A DNA stretch of 55,739 nt from a virus (taxonomy: Duplodnaviria > Caudoviricetes), in IMG/VR virus record IMGVR_UViG_3300028103_000021, positions 1 to 55,739 of that record; one strand, written 5' to 3'. Positions 9,148-20,100 of this stretch are shown in pieces (the first letter of the stretch is position 1; every line of letters starts with the position of its first letter). The translations under genes were made by a program, and so were the position numbers. The notes under the pieces were generated by a model. The model was not told the origin of the DNA. It ran no database searches and worked only from the letters and a program-made list of their open reading frames with translations.

Positions 9148-9963
9148 TTATTCTTCTTCTTCCTTAATTGGCTTGCCAGATTCATCCAAAAATGGAGTGA
9201 AATCTACAATGTAATTGCCGTCTTCATCAACTAAGTTGCCGTCAACATCAACGAGTTTTCCTTCCTCATTAATATATCGGCCATCCTCATTGACCAAACG
9301 GCCCTCAGAATCTACCCTACGACCCTGTTTATCAATAAAGTTTAGTTCATTATCTACGAACTTATACTTCTTTAAAAACTCATTTTCCGGCAATCTCTTT
9401 TCATAATCTGGGTCAATACCATAAAGCATCATGGCAAGATTAGAAGCTGCTGGTCCAATGGCTGGGTCTACTTCTTTAGATAAAAAGTCTTCATAAGACT
9501 TAAAGTATTGCTTGCCAGTATCATTAAATACAGTACAAGCAGAAACAAAGAAGTTAAATTGGGCGTTATCAGCCTGTCCTTCTGCTGTATTATTATCTAA
9601 TCCAATACGATCAGAGTTCAATGTTCGCAACTCAGCCCTATACTTCCTCATCTGAAGGGCGATTTCTCTGGCTTCACTAAGTTTAATACCGCCAGACTTA
9701 ATCCTTCGTTCAGACTCTGCAATCTTTTCTTGAAGTTCACGCAATTGCTTTTGCTTTGTGTCATCCCAAAGCTTTTGCTCACGCATTACATTTTCAACTT
9801 TTGCACGAAGAATACCGCCGGATTCAACGGCATCACGAAATGCCTTGTTGTAAACCTTTTGGCCTTCTTGCTTCTGCTTAATAGTCGGACGAAGAACTGC
9901 GAGTTCTACTTCCTTGGTATCAAGCGTTACCTTAAAAGTCCTCTTGTTATCAGGCGCACTCAT
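9148..9963 (-). CDS. Putative tail assembly chaperone with C-terminal hDxxGx repeats
   Basis: 271 aa ORF directly upstream of the TMP, with coiled-coil centre and GGAGG RBS; call based on synteny. Confidence 0.6.
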   Translation of the reverse strand: MSAPDNKRTFKVTLDTKEVELAVLRPTIKQKQEGQKVYNKAFRDAVESGGILRAKVENVMREQKLWDDTKQKQLRELQEKIAESERRIKSGGIKLSEAREIALQMRKYRAELRTLNSDRIGLDNNTAEGQADNAQFNFFVSACTVFNDTGKQYFKSYEDFLSKEVDPAIGPAASNLAMMLYGIDPDYEKRLPENEFLKKYKFVDNELNFIDKQGRRVDSEGRLVNEDGRYINEEGKLVDVDGNLVDEDGNYIVDFTPFLDESGKPIKEEEE

Positions 9964-10331
9964 GACTGTCCTCCTTTAGAAAAATTGCGAGTGTAACCAT
10001 CCCAAGAAACAGAGTATTGATCAATTTCTGCATCAACAGCACGAAGCTGATTGTTCCCATTATTAAGTATTTCTGCCCTGCATTGTTCCCATTTTTCCTT
10101 CCACACTCTTTTTCTTTTACTAACTTCTTCCCCATCTTGATAGTCATATTCCCACAATTCACTAAAAAATTTTTCTATTGCAGAAAGAGAGCCGATAAAA
10201 GTTGTCCTCATTTTTGTATTAGCTACTTTTTTTAATTTTTCTTTTGATAGTAATAAATGTTTCTCATTTAATTTTAATTCATCTTCTTTATTTATTTTTG
10301 AAGCTTTTTCAAAGTTTTCGTAAACTCCCAT
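9960..10331 (-). CDS. Hypothetical protein (tail assembly region)
   Basis: 123 aa, GAGG RBS, ATGA overlap with the next gene. Confidence 0.7.
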   Translation of the reverse strand: MGVYENFEKASKINKEDELKLNEKHLLLSKEKLKKVANTKMRTTFIGSLSAIEKFFSELWEYDYQDGEEVSKRKRVWKEKWEQCRAEILNNGNNQLRAVDAEIDQYSVSWDGYTRNFSKGGQS

Positions 10332-10340
10332 GTTTTCCTC

Positions 10341-11366
10341 TCACATTGAGTTTTTCTTCATCTGTATATCTCTTCTTACATCTGAAAAATCAAGGTCTGA
10401 AACCTCGCCTTTTTCTTGAATAATTTTTTCTCTAGATCTTTTAATAGCCTTAACTTCTGGGCTATTCATAGATTCTATCCTATCTCTTTCTTTTTGTGAA
10501 TGAGCTACTATGAAAATTTCTGAAGAATTTTTTACTTTATCGGTTAGTGATGAATCTATCGAGTTTTGATTTTTCTTTTGCTCACGCTCTCTTTTCTGAT
10601 TAATCATCCAACCATCAAGGGCATCGTCATCATTTATTAAGTCGTCCGGCGGACATTCTGGATGTTCTGCTATGTTATCGTATAATTGACTCCAACTAAT
10701 CAAAGATCTTCTCTCGTCATCTAAATCAACAGAAGGTATTCCAAACATAGAACTTTCGGACTTTCTAGCTGACCAATAACTTCTCCAAAGGTCTGTTTTT
10801 GCTAAATGTCTTAATTTATTATCATCCAATTTAGATTGATTATAAAAAACAACAGCCTCATCTAACAAATCACTTCTGTTTTTCCAAAATGTTATTTCAT
10901 TAAATACATGTGTATTGTTTTCATGAAATAGAGAACTGCCTATTAAATACTTAATTTTTGCAGTAGAAGCATAACCGCTAACGCTTAAATATGTATATGA
11001 GTATTTTTCAATCGTTAACAAACTTTTATCTGTTTTGGCGATTGCTAATACTTTTCTAATTGCTGCACTTTCTTTTTCTTTATAAAAATTTTGAAACAAG
11101 TTTATTTTTAATTCTTCTATTTCTTTGTTTAAGGCTTTAAGTTTTTCTTCTTTTTCATCATTCCATATGCCTTGTTCTATTAACATATCGTTTATTTCAA
11201 GGTCAGTATAAAGACCTTCAACTCTAGCATCTACTAAAGCCTCTTGATAAATTTCTTCAGCTATATATTTATGATACCTATCTGGATTTTTAATTAAATA
11301 AACTTTATCTTTATATTTAAAACGCATTACTCCTGCAATAATTCTATTTATAAATAATTCGTCCAA
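10341..11366 (-). CDS. Hypothetical protein, possible second tail assembly chaperone
   Basis: 341 aa, TTG start with GGAGG RBS, located between tube and TMP; contains ECPPDDLINDDDALDGWM, reminiscent of chaperone-like C-terminal segments. Confidence 0.55.
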   Translation of the reverse strand: MDELFINRIIAGVMRFKYKDKVYLIKNPDRYHKYIAEEIYQEALVDARVEGLYTDLEINDMLIEQGIWNDEKEEKLKALNKEIEELKINLFQNFYKEKESAAIRKVLAIAKTDKSLLTIEKYSYTYLSVSGYASTAKIKYLIGSSLFHENNTHVFNEITFWKNRSDLLDEAVVFYNQSKLDDNKLRHLAKTDLWRSYWSARKSESSMFGIPSVDLDDERRSLISWSQLYDNIAEHPECPPDDLINDDDALDGWMINQKREREQKKNQNSIDSSLTDKVKNSSEIFIVAHSQKERDRIESMNSPEVKAIKRSREKIIQEKGEVSDLDFSDVRRDIQMKKNSM

Positions 11367-11380
11367 AAGTCCTCCTAAAT

Positions 11381-11416
11381 AAAAAAAGCCAAGAGAGAAT
11401 TAACCCCCTTGGCTTT
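11381..11416 (-). terminator. Intrinsic terminator after the tail tube gene
   Basis: Minus strand AAAGCCAAGGGGG-ttaa-TTCTCTCTTGGCTTT followed by a T-run. Confidence 0.8.
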
Positions 11417-11438
11417 ATTATAATATAGTTTACTTAAA

Positions 11439-12491
11439 TTACATAGGGTCTGATGGATGAGTTACAGTAAAATCATTATAGGTACGATAACTATAAGTAA
11501 TCGTGCCATTACCACCATCAGCGCCACCACCAGCATTGTTTACGGAAGTAAGTTTGCAGCTAGTACCAAGATCAACTGACAAGCCTTCTTCAAAAACAAG
11601 TTTGATGGACTGATCACTAATGTTGTCTTGAACTTCATCAGCTTCAACCAAGTCGCCTACCTTGTTCATTACTTCAAATTCCGCTGTTACTTCAACAGGG
11701 AACTTAACATAACGGAAGTAAGGAGCTTTACGACCTAATTCAAGCATCTGCTCACGACCAAGGTTAGCGCTTACGCTAACAGACTGTACGCTAGCTCTAA
11801 AGCAACCAAGATTGCTATCAACTTCATTAACACCATTGGTGCTAATGCCAGGAATGCCACCACGCTTAGTGCCACTATTGCAAGGTAGCAAGCTAGAGGC
11901 AAACACGATATGCTGTCTGCGATTAACACCGCTAGCATTATTGTCAGTAGCTTTTTCTGATGCTGGAAGACCAGTACCATCAGCAGTAGTTGCGGTATAC
12001 CCAGTAAAGTAAGCAGCGTCACCAGTTTCAATACGATTCCACTTCTTATTGTTTGCTACCATAGTAACGCTTTCAGTCGCATTACCTTCAGTAGCAAGCT
12101 TATAAGAAATCTGACTTACGAAAGCGCCAGAAACAATAACTTCAGAAAGTGGGCTACCACTAGCCAAACCCTGAGTGTCATTGTAAAACTGCATAGCTAC
12201 TTTGCACTTTGCATTGGAACGACCAACAAGACTGCTATCAGCGCCTTCTTGAGTGGCCAAAGTATAAATAGGGGCAGTTCCGTCAAGAACCCTTTCTACG
12301 GTAATTTCAATATCAGGAACATTTTCAACGATCTGGTAAAGAGAAAGCTGACCAAGTTCAAAAATGTTCTCAAGGTTAAAAGTAGTGTTCATACCAACAC
12401 TTTGAACGCCATGTACAAATGTGTAAGTATCTGTAGCATCTGGAGCGATGCTAAGAGCTTCTACGGCATAAAACATTCTTCGATTTGCCAC
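11439..12491 (-). CDS. Major tail (tube) protein
   Basis: 350 aa, GTG start with AGGAG RBS. Beta-rich pattern (GVQSVGMNTTFNLENIFELGQ; SVQSVSVSANLGREQMLELG) suggests two tube-like halves. It has raised GC like the capsid gene, is followed by a terminator, and lies between neck genes and chaperones. Confidence 0.75.
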   Translation of the reverse strand: MANRRMFYAVEALSIAPDATDTYTFVHGVQSVGMNTTFNLENIFELGQLSLYQIVENVPDIEITVERVLDGTAPIYTLATQEGADSSLVGRSNAKCKVAMQFYNDTQGLASGSPLSEVIVSGAFVSQISYKLATEGNATESVTMVANNKKWNRIETGDAAYFTGYTATTADGTGLPASEKATDNNASGVNRRQHIVFASSLLPCNSGTKRGGIPGISTNGVNEVDSNLGCFRASVQSVSVSANLGREQMLELGRKAPYFRYVKFPVEVTAEFEVMNKVGDLVEADEVQDNISDQSIKLVFEEGLSVDLGTSCKLTSVNNAGGGADGGNGTITYSYRTYNDFTVTHPSDPM

Positions 12492-12513
12492 GATTATTCT
12501 CCTATATACAGTT

Positions 12514-12527
12514 TAGGTAATTACCTA
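12514..12527. promoter_or_regulatory. 14-bp perfect palindrome TAGGTAATTACCTA (possible operator)
   Basis: Seen directly, between the GGTGTA motif and the tube RBS. Confidence 0.4.
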
Positions 12528-12536
12528 TTAAGCATT

Positions 12537-12542
12537 TACACC
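12537..12542 (-). promoter_or_regulatory. GGTGTA motif (candidate late promoter core)
   Basis: TTGGTGTAAATGCTTAATAGG, about 45 nt upstream of the tube start. Confidence 0.55.
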
Positions 12543-12554
12543 AAAAAAAAGCAT

Positions 12555-13508
12555 TTATGGTAAATCACTTTCACAAGTTAGCCTTATTTCACAGCCTACT
12601 AAAGGATTAGGCAGATCTATTTCTCTAGATTTAATATTTTCAATTCTAATTTGTTTCCAAGCATAATCACCGCTGACCATAGCTGGGTATTGAATACCAC
12701 TAGCCGATCTAGTTCCATCATAATTCAATGGATATTTTCTATCGTTAACCAATTTAGTGCGATCAACGCCCATGATTCGTTTTTGCCATTGATAAGTTAT
12801 AATATCATGAATTTGATTTCTGTCATAAGATGTTTCTCCCAATATAGTTATGATTACTTCCTGTTGATGCTTTCTTGTTAAATTACCTAATTCTAATGGA
12901 TAAAAATTAACTTTCGGAATAGATTCTATAATCATAGCTGGCAATTGAACTCTATTTTGAGATAAAACATCCCAAGTTCCAGAGCCATTTTGCAAAAAAT
13001 GAGGGTCTGCTGGGTTATAACTATTAAAAATTAGCTGATTAAACCAAGGCTGTTGCCCTCGTAAAACTTTTACACTTCTATTTGAATATTCACATTGCAC
13101 TTTTGTTCCAGAAGGCAATGGTGTATTAAATATGATTTTTCCTTCTGGATAAGAAACTTTATATCCAGAAACTCCAGTTTGACTAACTGAAATAAAATTA
13201 TTATTTACATAAACACCGCTAATATTTATTGGTTGAGTAGAATATTCAATTCCTGTTTCCCAAACCCAATCTGATCTAACACCTTCCCAAACACAGCCAG
13301 ATGCATATCTTGGATCTCTAGCAAGTCTTAATCTAGAAGGATCTGCCGAATGAGATCCTATGCCACTTGGATTATTGTTAATTCTGTTATTAGAAAAAGC
13401 TCCTATATTAAGCATCGCCCATTGTGTAAAAAACATGAGTGATGTTTCTAGGTTTTCAGAAGCTAATGGTTGTCCATACTGTTGAACGCCATTAAATTTT
13501 GTTATCAT
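12555..13508 (-). CDS. Putative tail completion/terminator protein
   Basis: 317 aa immediately upstream of the tube; C-terminal half RVQLPAMIIE...QEVIITILGETSYDRNQIHDII fits the tail-terminator pattern. Confidence 0.55.
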   Translation of the reverse strand: MITKFNGVQQYGQPLASENLETSLMFFTQWAMLNIGAFSNNRINNNPSGIGSHSADPSRLRLARDPRYASGCVWEGVRSDWVWETGIEYSTQPINISGVYVNNNFISVSQTGVSGYKVSYPEGKIIFNTPLPSGTKVQCEYSNRSVKVLRGQQPWFNQLIFNSYNPADPHFLQNGSGTWDVLSQNRVQLPAMIIESIPKVNFYPLELGNLTRKHQQEVIITILGETSYDRNQIHDIITYQWQKRIMGVDRTKLVNDRKYPLNYDGTRSASGIQYPAMVSGDYAWKQIRIENIKSREIDLPNPLVGCEIRLTCESDLP

Positions 13509-14206
13509 TCTAAACCTTCTTTTTCTATAAGTTCGTTTATGCTTGGTATAGCTCTCATAAAAGACCTAGTTATCCAATTATCATCTTCTGTTCCTGCGTA
13601 TTCTGAATCAATCGCAAAACCTTTAACTCCTTTGAAATTTCCTCCAGAATCATAAAATTTAGAATATTTAGCTCTAGAAGAAAGTTTTGTCGGCTGAACC
13701 ATCAACGCAAATCTACTTCTAGAATTTTTTTGAGCCTTATCATAATATCTAACTTCATAATCTTGTATTATAGTGGAAGTTCCTTCTGTTAATAACCATT
13801 TTAACCAAGGTATTTCCCCGCCCTTAGATGTATAACTACCCAAAGGACTATCTATTAAACCCTGCAAACCCTCTCTTCTTAATAAATACAGCGTCATTCC
13901 GCCTAAAGATGTAGATGTTGGATCTTTCTTTAAAAAATTAATTTGATTAGATATATAATCTATAAGTTGAGAAATAATTGTTTCTGGATTTTCAATACCA
14001 AGATCTAATCTTAATTTACCACGCAAATCTGTTAAAGCTTCATATTCTGGAGAGTTTATAAGATGATATGCAATAATACCTCTTATTTTTGGTCTAATTT
14101 TTTTAATGACATTACTAATATAAGCAGATGTTATTTTTCTTAATTCTGCTAATAGTTTCTTTTCAAAATCGCTTGGGTTTATTGATATAGACCAGTTGTA
14201 TTGCAT
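13505..14206 (-). CDS. Putative neck/tail-component protein
   Basis: 233 aa in the neck cluster (WLKWLLTEGT...GTEDDNWITRS); call based on synteny. Confidence 0.5.
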   Translation of the reverse strand: MQYNWSISINPSDFEKKLLAELRKITSAYISNVIKKIRPKIRGIIAYHLINSPEYEALTDLRGKLRLDLGIENPETIISQLIDYISNQINFLKKDPTSTSLGGMTLYLLRREGLQGLIDSPLGSYTSKGGEIPWLKWLLTEGTSTIIQDYEVRYYDKAQKNSRSRFALMVQPTKLSSRAKYSKFYDSGGNFKGVKGFAIDSEYAGTEDDNWITRSFMRAIPSINELIEKEGLE

Positions 14207-14207
14207 A

Positions 14208-14729
14208 TTAAGCCCCTACACGGACCCAATTCGCAACCCAATATTTACCTTGTACTATATTGCCTTGATCAATAGGTTCGCCAGAAAGTTCATATGTGTA
14301 TTTAACTAAGCCTTGAACATCTAATTGAAAAATCATCTTTCTTGTTTGCAAAACATCCGGCAAGTCTTTCATATAACCTTTTGTCTGTATAGTTCCTGCC
14401 GGAATTTGAATATTAGCTGGCATTTTTTGAAAAAAGTCTTTTGGTGAATTAGCAACTAAAACTTTTATGTCTTTTGTTACAGTTGTAAAGTGAAGTCCTG
14501 TTCCATCACAATGTGGACAAGTAGATCCATTTTCAAATGGTATTGGACCACCACTAATCCAAGTATTAGAAGATTTATTTCCAATAGGATCAAAAATACA
14601 ATTTGGGCAAGGCGAAGGTGAAGCTGCATAAACAAGTTTACATGTTTTACCAAGCTGATCTATAAGATCATCAATGGCGAATTCAGCTATTTGCTTAATA
14701 TCATCAGTAAGTGAAAATATTTTTGCCAT
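14208..14729 (-). CDS. Putative head-closure/neck protein with CxxC...CxxCxGxG zinc-finger-like insert
   Basis: Likely start MAKIFSL at 14729, just after the upstream stop; contains CPNC and CPHCDGTG. Confidence 0.55.
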   Translation of the reverse strand: MAKIFSLTDDIKQIAEFAIDDLIDQLGKTCKLVYAASPSPCPNCIFDPIGNKSSNTWISGGPIPFENGSTCPHCDGTGLHFTTVTKDIKVLVANSPKDFFQKMPANIQIPAGTIQTKGYMKDLPDVLQTRKMIFQLDVQGLVKYTYELSGEPIDQGNIVQGKYWVANWVRVGA

Positions 14730-14730
14730 G

Positions 14731-16047
14731 TTATATCCAATATATAAATATATCTGTTTTTTTAGACACGATATTAACATTGCTAGCGGTTATAGTTAAT
14801 TTTGCCATGGGGAACTTTCCACTTATTAATGTATGACCAGTAACGGTTAAAACTAAATCATCAAATATAGCCAATCCATTAGTTACTGTTTTAGTTTTTG
14901 TTCCAGTCAATGTAGCTACTGGAGTTCCATTTACATCGTAAATTCCGGTAACTTCAATAGAAAATGTTCCAGAATAATTTTTATATGTGTTATTTTTTAC
15001 TGATCCACTAGGAATGCCAGAATAAAATCCAGTAAAATTATCAGCAGAATCAAATATATTCATATAGCCAGTAATAGGTTCTGCTATTATGGGTATATTA
15101 AAAACAGATCCATTTGTTTGTAATTGATGAGATTGCGGATAAACTATTACATTGATATATGGATTTATTGTTCTTGCTATATTATATTTCCAATATAAAT
15201 TAGCTCTATAGGGAAGTCCTTGATATGAAAAATAAGAAGATGGAATTACATTAACTAATTTTAATCCATATTCTGTTGCTTCTAATTCTATATTAAATGT
15301 TGTTGGCTTATTAAAAGTTAAATCTTGTATATAATTAGAACCATATATATCTGTTTCAGTCGCTACTTCAACAGCTACTTCATAAACAGAATCGTCCATT
15401 GAGTCAAAATTATTTTTTGATCCATATTCATCTTTTGCTTTTTTAACTGACAATACTGTTAATGTTGGTTTTTCTGTAGTTGTACCAGTATAATTAGTAT
15501 TTGACGAGTGCCAATTAGCCTTTATAACCGGTATTGTTTTTAAAGCCATTTTTTTATTAAATGCATTTTTAAATTGTATAAAATAATAAATAACAAAATT
15601 ATTCGGAGATTCTACTGGGTGTATTAATTCTACTTGATAGTCACTAGGTATTCTTGCATTAATGGTTGGATTAGTGCTTCTGCTATTTTGAGTTTTCCAC
15701 AATGGAGTATCTACAGTATCTGGTAATGGAGTTGCGTTAGCTATTAACTCGCTAGCTGTCTGCGAATAAAAAGTCATATATTTTGGAGTTAATGGAACAT
15801 ATGTTCCGCAAGCAGATGGACTATATATCCATTTATTAATTTGGCTATTCCAAAAATACATAATTTTATTAACTGTATCTTGCCATATCGCCTTGCGACC
15901 TTTTATGTCAGATATGGTCGGCGCTGTATCTTGTTTAAAAAAAACTTCCGGCTCAATTCTTGACCAGCCTTTTCCAGACTTAAAAATAAAAAGGTTTCCG
16001 CTTTTAGAGTATATTTGCCCATCAGTTGGATTTTCTGGAAATGGCAT
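14731..16047 (-). CDS. Virion structural/fibre-type protein with N-terminal FPxNPTxGQ and Trp-rich module
   Basis: Likely start MPFPENPTDGQ at 16047 with GAGG RBS; beta-rich C-terminus. Confidence 0.6.
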   Translation of the reverse strand: MPFPENPTDGQIYSKSGNLFIFKSGKGWSRIEPEVFFKQDTAPTISDIKGRKAIWQDTVNKIMYFWNSQINKWIYSPSACGTYVPLTPKYMTFYSQTASELIANATPLPDTVDTPLWKTQNSRSTNPTINARIPSDYQVELIHPVESPNNFVIYYFIQFKNAFNKKMALKTIPVIKANWHSSNTNYTGTTTEKPTLTVLSVKKAKDEYGSKNNFDSMDDSVYEVAVEVATETDIYGSNYIQDLTFNKPTTFNIELEATEYGLKLVNVIPSSYFSYQGLPYRANLYWKYNIARTINPYINVIVYPQSHQLQTNGSVFNIPIIAEPITGYMNIFDSADNFTGFYSGIPSGSVKNNTYKNYSGTFSIEVTGIYDVNGTPVATLTGTKTKTVTNGLAIFDDLVLTVTGHTLISGKFPMAKLTITASNVNIVSKKTDIFIYWI

Positions 16048-16054
16048 ATTAACC

Positions 16055-16294
16055 TCATCTACATACAGTAAAGTATTGTACCCATTGACCATCCTGCCAT
16101 AAATAAATAACACCTAAAGACGGGTTGTACCAAACGCCTGGCCTAGATAATCCAAAATTACCAGTAGGTTTAGTATTTTGCACAAAATAAATAGCTGGTT
16201 CTTGTTCTATCCAACCACTAGTAGAATTATATATGAAATATTTTGTGCCTATATAAAATGTTTGGCCATTAGTTGGATTAGCTGGAAATGGCAT
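16055..16294 (-). CDS. Small protein (79 aa), paralogous to the N-terminus of the downstream gene
   Basis: MPFPANPTNGQTFY...GW.EQEPAIYFVQNTKP...WYNPSLGVIYLWQDGQW aligns by eye with MPFPENPTDGQIY...GWSRIEPEVFFKQDTAP...WQDTVNKIMYFWNSQINKW. Confidence 0.7.
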   Translation of the reverse strand: MPFPANPTNGQTFYIGTKYFIYNSTSGWIEQEPAIYFVQNTKPTGNFGLSRPGVWYNPSLGVIYLWQDGQWVQYFTVCR

Positions 16295-16295
16295 T

Positions 16296-17135
16296 TTACA
16301 ATATCCTCGGTGTAGTGTAGCCTTGAAAAGATGCTCCGTTAACAGAACCTGGTGGTTCATAGTTTACAAAAATATAAAAATCTCTTGGTCCAGTTTCTTG
16401 CCAAGAGTATTCATTATTAGAAGTACCCATATTAAAAATACCGGCATTAGCAGAATCATGACCGGTAACAAAATATTGTTTTTTTGCACCACGCCTAAGA
16501 CCATTATGTATTGCAGAAGTAAAGTTTACTGGATTTGCTATTTTGTAATCATTGCTTTCTAAATCGCCACTAGCGCAATTAAAACCACCTAATGGATAAC
16601 CCTCTTCTAAAGTAAACTTATAAAATTGAACACCTGTTAAACTATCTTTAGATTTCCACCTATCAAATGGAGGTATTAATTTATCATTTGGGGCAACAAC
16701 AGTATGTAATACGGCATTATTTAATGTGTAATCATATGCTTTTTCTTCCAAGCTTCCGGTTTTATCACATTGATATGTAAATACTATTCTTAAATTAGGT
16801 AATCCCAAATAAAAGAAAAAATTAAAGTATATTTTAGTAACTAAACCCCTATTTTCTGCCAAACTATTTGGGCAACAACCAGCTGGGTGATCTCTTGTAA
16901 ATAAGTGATCATAAGGGAGCATAGTTAATGGAGCTTGGCCACCATTTGAAACTTTTAATTTTTGTGGAGCTTGTGGGAATTCATAATAAAATTGATTATC
17001 AACTTCTTGTGGCCAAAAATTAACTAAATTATTTTTTATAAAAAGCCAAGACGGACTATCACTCTTCCAGTTAAATCTGGAATCTGACATAAAAAATCCA
17101 GCATATAGTTTATGAACTTTTTCTGTAAAAATCAT
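16296..17135 (-). CDS. Hypothetical protein
   Basis: 279 aa ORF with AAGGA RBS, tightly packed in the operon. Confidence 0.7.
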   Translation of the reverse strand: MIFTEKVHKLYAGFFMSDSRFNWKSDSPSWLFIKNNLVNFWPQEVDNQFYYEFPQAPQKLKVSNGGQAPLTMLPYDHLFTRDHPAGCCPNSLAENRGLVTKIYFNFFFYLGLPNLRIVFTYQCDKTGSLEEKAYDYTLNNAVLHTVVAPNDKLIPPFDRWKSKDSLTGVQFYKFTLEEGYPLGGFNCASGDLESNDYKIANPVNFTSAIHNGLRRGAKKQYFVTGHDSANAGIFNMGTSNNEYSWQETGPRDFYIFVNYEPPGSVNGASFQGYTTPRIL

Positions 17136-17147
17136 TTTTATTCCTTT

Positions 17148-20100
17148 TTATACAGTTATTGGCATTCCAGTACACATTGGCGGATTTGGATTTACTTGGG
17201 GAGGTAAAGGAAATCCTGGACTACACATTGGAGCATTAAACAAATTGTTTAAATTATTATTAACAGAAGTATTATCTGGATCATATACATATGGTGGAAT
17301 TGGAAGACCACATATAAAAATAGGATATTGATCAGAGTTGTTTGTATTAGTATTAGTAGGTGTTAAATCCGGTTCTAAAATATTATCGGGATTATTACTA
17401 ACGGTAACTACACAATTCATAGTAAGTGAATATTGAGCAACTTTACCGTTTTCAGAAACAGAAGCAATAGCGTTTATAGCATTTGATCCCGATTCAACTA
17501 TGGCTGGGAAATTTTCTAATGGTTGATATGGCGGTAAACATCCTTGAGCAATTAAATTTTGAATTCCATTATCTACTAGTTTTGCATAAGAACTTCCAGA
17601 TTTAGACAATGGATAAGAATCTGGATCTGGACCTTGATCATTTCCGTCTTGTTGACCTTCAATATCTGGATTGTTACCATTATTTACTGGATTGTTAAAT
17701 GGTAATGGTTGATCTACTACTGGATTAATAACTGGACCGCCACCTCCGTCTTGCCAGTTAACGCTATCGCCAACATCTACCACTCCAATAAGAGGATAAC
17801 CGCCACCACCTCCATCAACAGGAGGGTTATTAACATTGTTATTATCAATATTCGGATTACATAAAAGAGCAGCGCTATATATAAAATGCTCACATATAGT
17901 GCAATACGGAGGATCTCTGAGTTCTGCTCTTACAGTAATCATCTTGCAACAAGAATCCCCAACCTTTTCTTTTCCTGGAGGGCAAGATCCGTCTGGATTT
18001 GTTGGAGTCGGAGTCGGTGTTGGTGATTGTGTTATAAAACATGATTCTGGTAAATTTCTAAAAATATTACCGCCAGCCACTCCTGGTTTTTCAACCATAG
18101 ACCAATAATATCCTGGTGGTGCTGGTGGCACATTTATTGCTTCTTGTCTTACTCCAACAACTAATTGTCCACTAGGTGACATAAAAGTTGCGCTTCCAGA
18201 CAATGGCATAATAGTGTTTGATGTTGAAGATGTTGATGTATTTGTAGAATTAGTAACATTTGATAGGTTTTGAGCGGAATTTACATTATATGCTGATCCC
18301 TGCGCTGTCTGTAAAGGTTTTGGAGGTTCTGGGCAAGGACTATGACCAGAAACAATGGCTCCATCACAACACTTCACATTTTCCAAACTGTATTCTATTC
18401 CAGCTGTAAGTTCTGCTCCTGGATTACTACTATACATAAAACCGGCTGGTGCAAATCTGCCCAACCATACAAATTTATAAAAATTTGCTCCATGATCCAT
18501 TATAATTTTAGTACCAGTACCTATAAGACCGCTACTACTACCTGGGTTTAAACCATCTGATTGAAAATTTGTCTCTCTCCTAAAAATAGCGCATCGTTTC
18601 GGAGGTAATGGTTCTCCAGAACCTTTTTTAAGTACATATGTTGAAGTCGCACATTCTCCTGGATCATATGTATCACCTTCTTGCGGATCTCCAGATCCAG
18701 ATGTAGAACTAGAAGTCGAACCTCCTGATCCAGATGGAGGATTACTTGGGCCACTTAAACCTGAAGTATATATAAATCCTGGTGGTAATGGAGTTCCAGC
18801 TGGAGGGCCACTTGGTCCACCTGGTCCACCTGGACCTAAAGGGCCTCCTGGGCCATTTGGACCAAGAATACCACCAGGACTTCCTGGAGGTGGCAGCGGA
18901 GGTAGTGGAGTTCCAGATGGAGGACCGCCTGGTCCACCAGGGCCACCTGGTCCTAAAGGACCACCTGGGCCACTTGGACCAAGAATACCGCCTGGTCCAG
19001 TCAGACCTCCTGGGCCTCCTGGACCTCCTATACCACCAGGACTTCCTGGGGGCGGTAACGGGGGTAATGGAGTTCCAGATGGAGGTCCACCTGGTCCTCC
19101 TGGTCCACCAGGGCCACCAGGGCCACCTAGACCTAAAGGACCGCCAGGAGTTCCTGTTGGTGGCGTAGTTGGAGTTGGTGTTGGACTTCCTGTATTTGGA
19201 GCAGGAGAATTAGTTGGAGGACTATTCGGATTAGTATTTCCAGTAGGCGGAGAAGCTGGAGGAGAAGTTGGAAGAGAGGGAGGCGGTGGTCCAGGCGGAC
19301 TAGAAGGAGGGGCCGAACTACAAAGTCTATCTATACCAGTCTCTCTTCTAACATCGCTAATATCGCCAACTATAAGTCCTCCGCCTAAAACTTTACCTCT
19401 AACACAATCTTTTTCTGAAATAGGTTCTGTTGGATTACCATAAAATATATCTATGCATTTCTCAGTATTTCTAATAATAATTGGTGGATTGCCAGCTATT
19501 CCAGAAGCTATTTCATCATATACAGTCCTTGTATTTATACTATATCCAATTAAACCCCAAGGACAAACAAATGGTTGAGATGGATCACCAAGACCTCCTG
19601 GTCCACCAGGGCCACTTGGGCCACCAGGTCCACCAGGACCGCCTGGTCCGCCAGGACCATTTGGACCTCCAGGTCCTCCTGGCCATCCTACTGGTGGCAA
19701 CGGAGGTAATGGTGTTCCCAAAGGAGGACCACCTAGGCCACCTGGACCACCAGGACCAAAAGGGCCTCCTGGTCCGTATGGATTATTTGGAGGTGGAAAT
19801 AATACAAGTGGAGGACTACCAGCTGGAGGACCACCAGGACCACCAGGACCACCTGGACCGCCAGGACCGCCAGGACCTCCTGGGCCTAAAGGACCGCCTG
19901 GACCACCGTTGGTTCCTGGCGGAGGCAATGGTGGTAATGGGGTTCCGGTTGGAGGACCACCTGGTCCACCAGGACCACCTGGACCACTTGGGCCACCAGG
20001 ACCATTAGGACTTCCTGGAGGTGGTAATGTAGGTAATGGAGTTCCGGCTGGAGGGCCACCTGGACCACCAGGACCGCCAGGGCCACCAGCACCACCGGCA

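Noticed and set aside
9960-10345. Programmed frameshift joining the tail chaperone ORFs
   Set aside because: Each ORF has its own RBS and start, and no convincing slippery heptamer was identified at the junctions.
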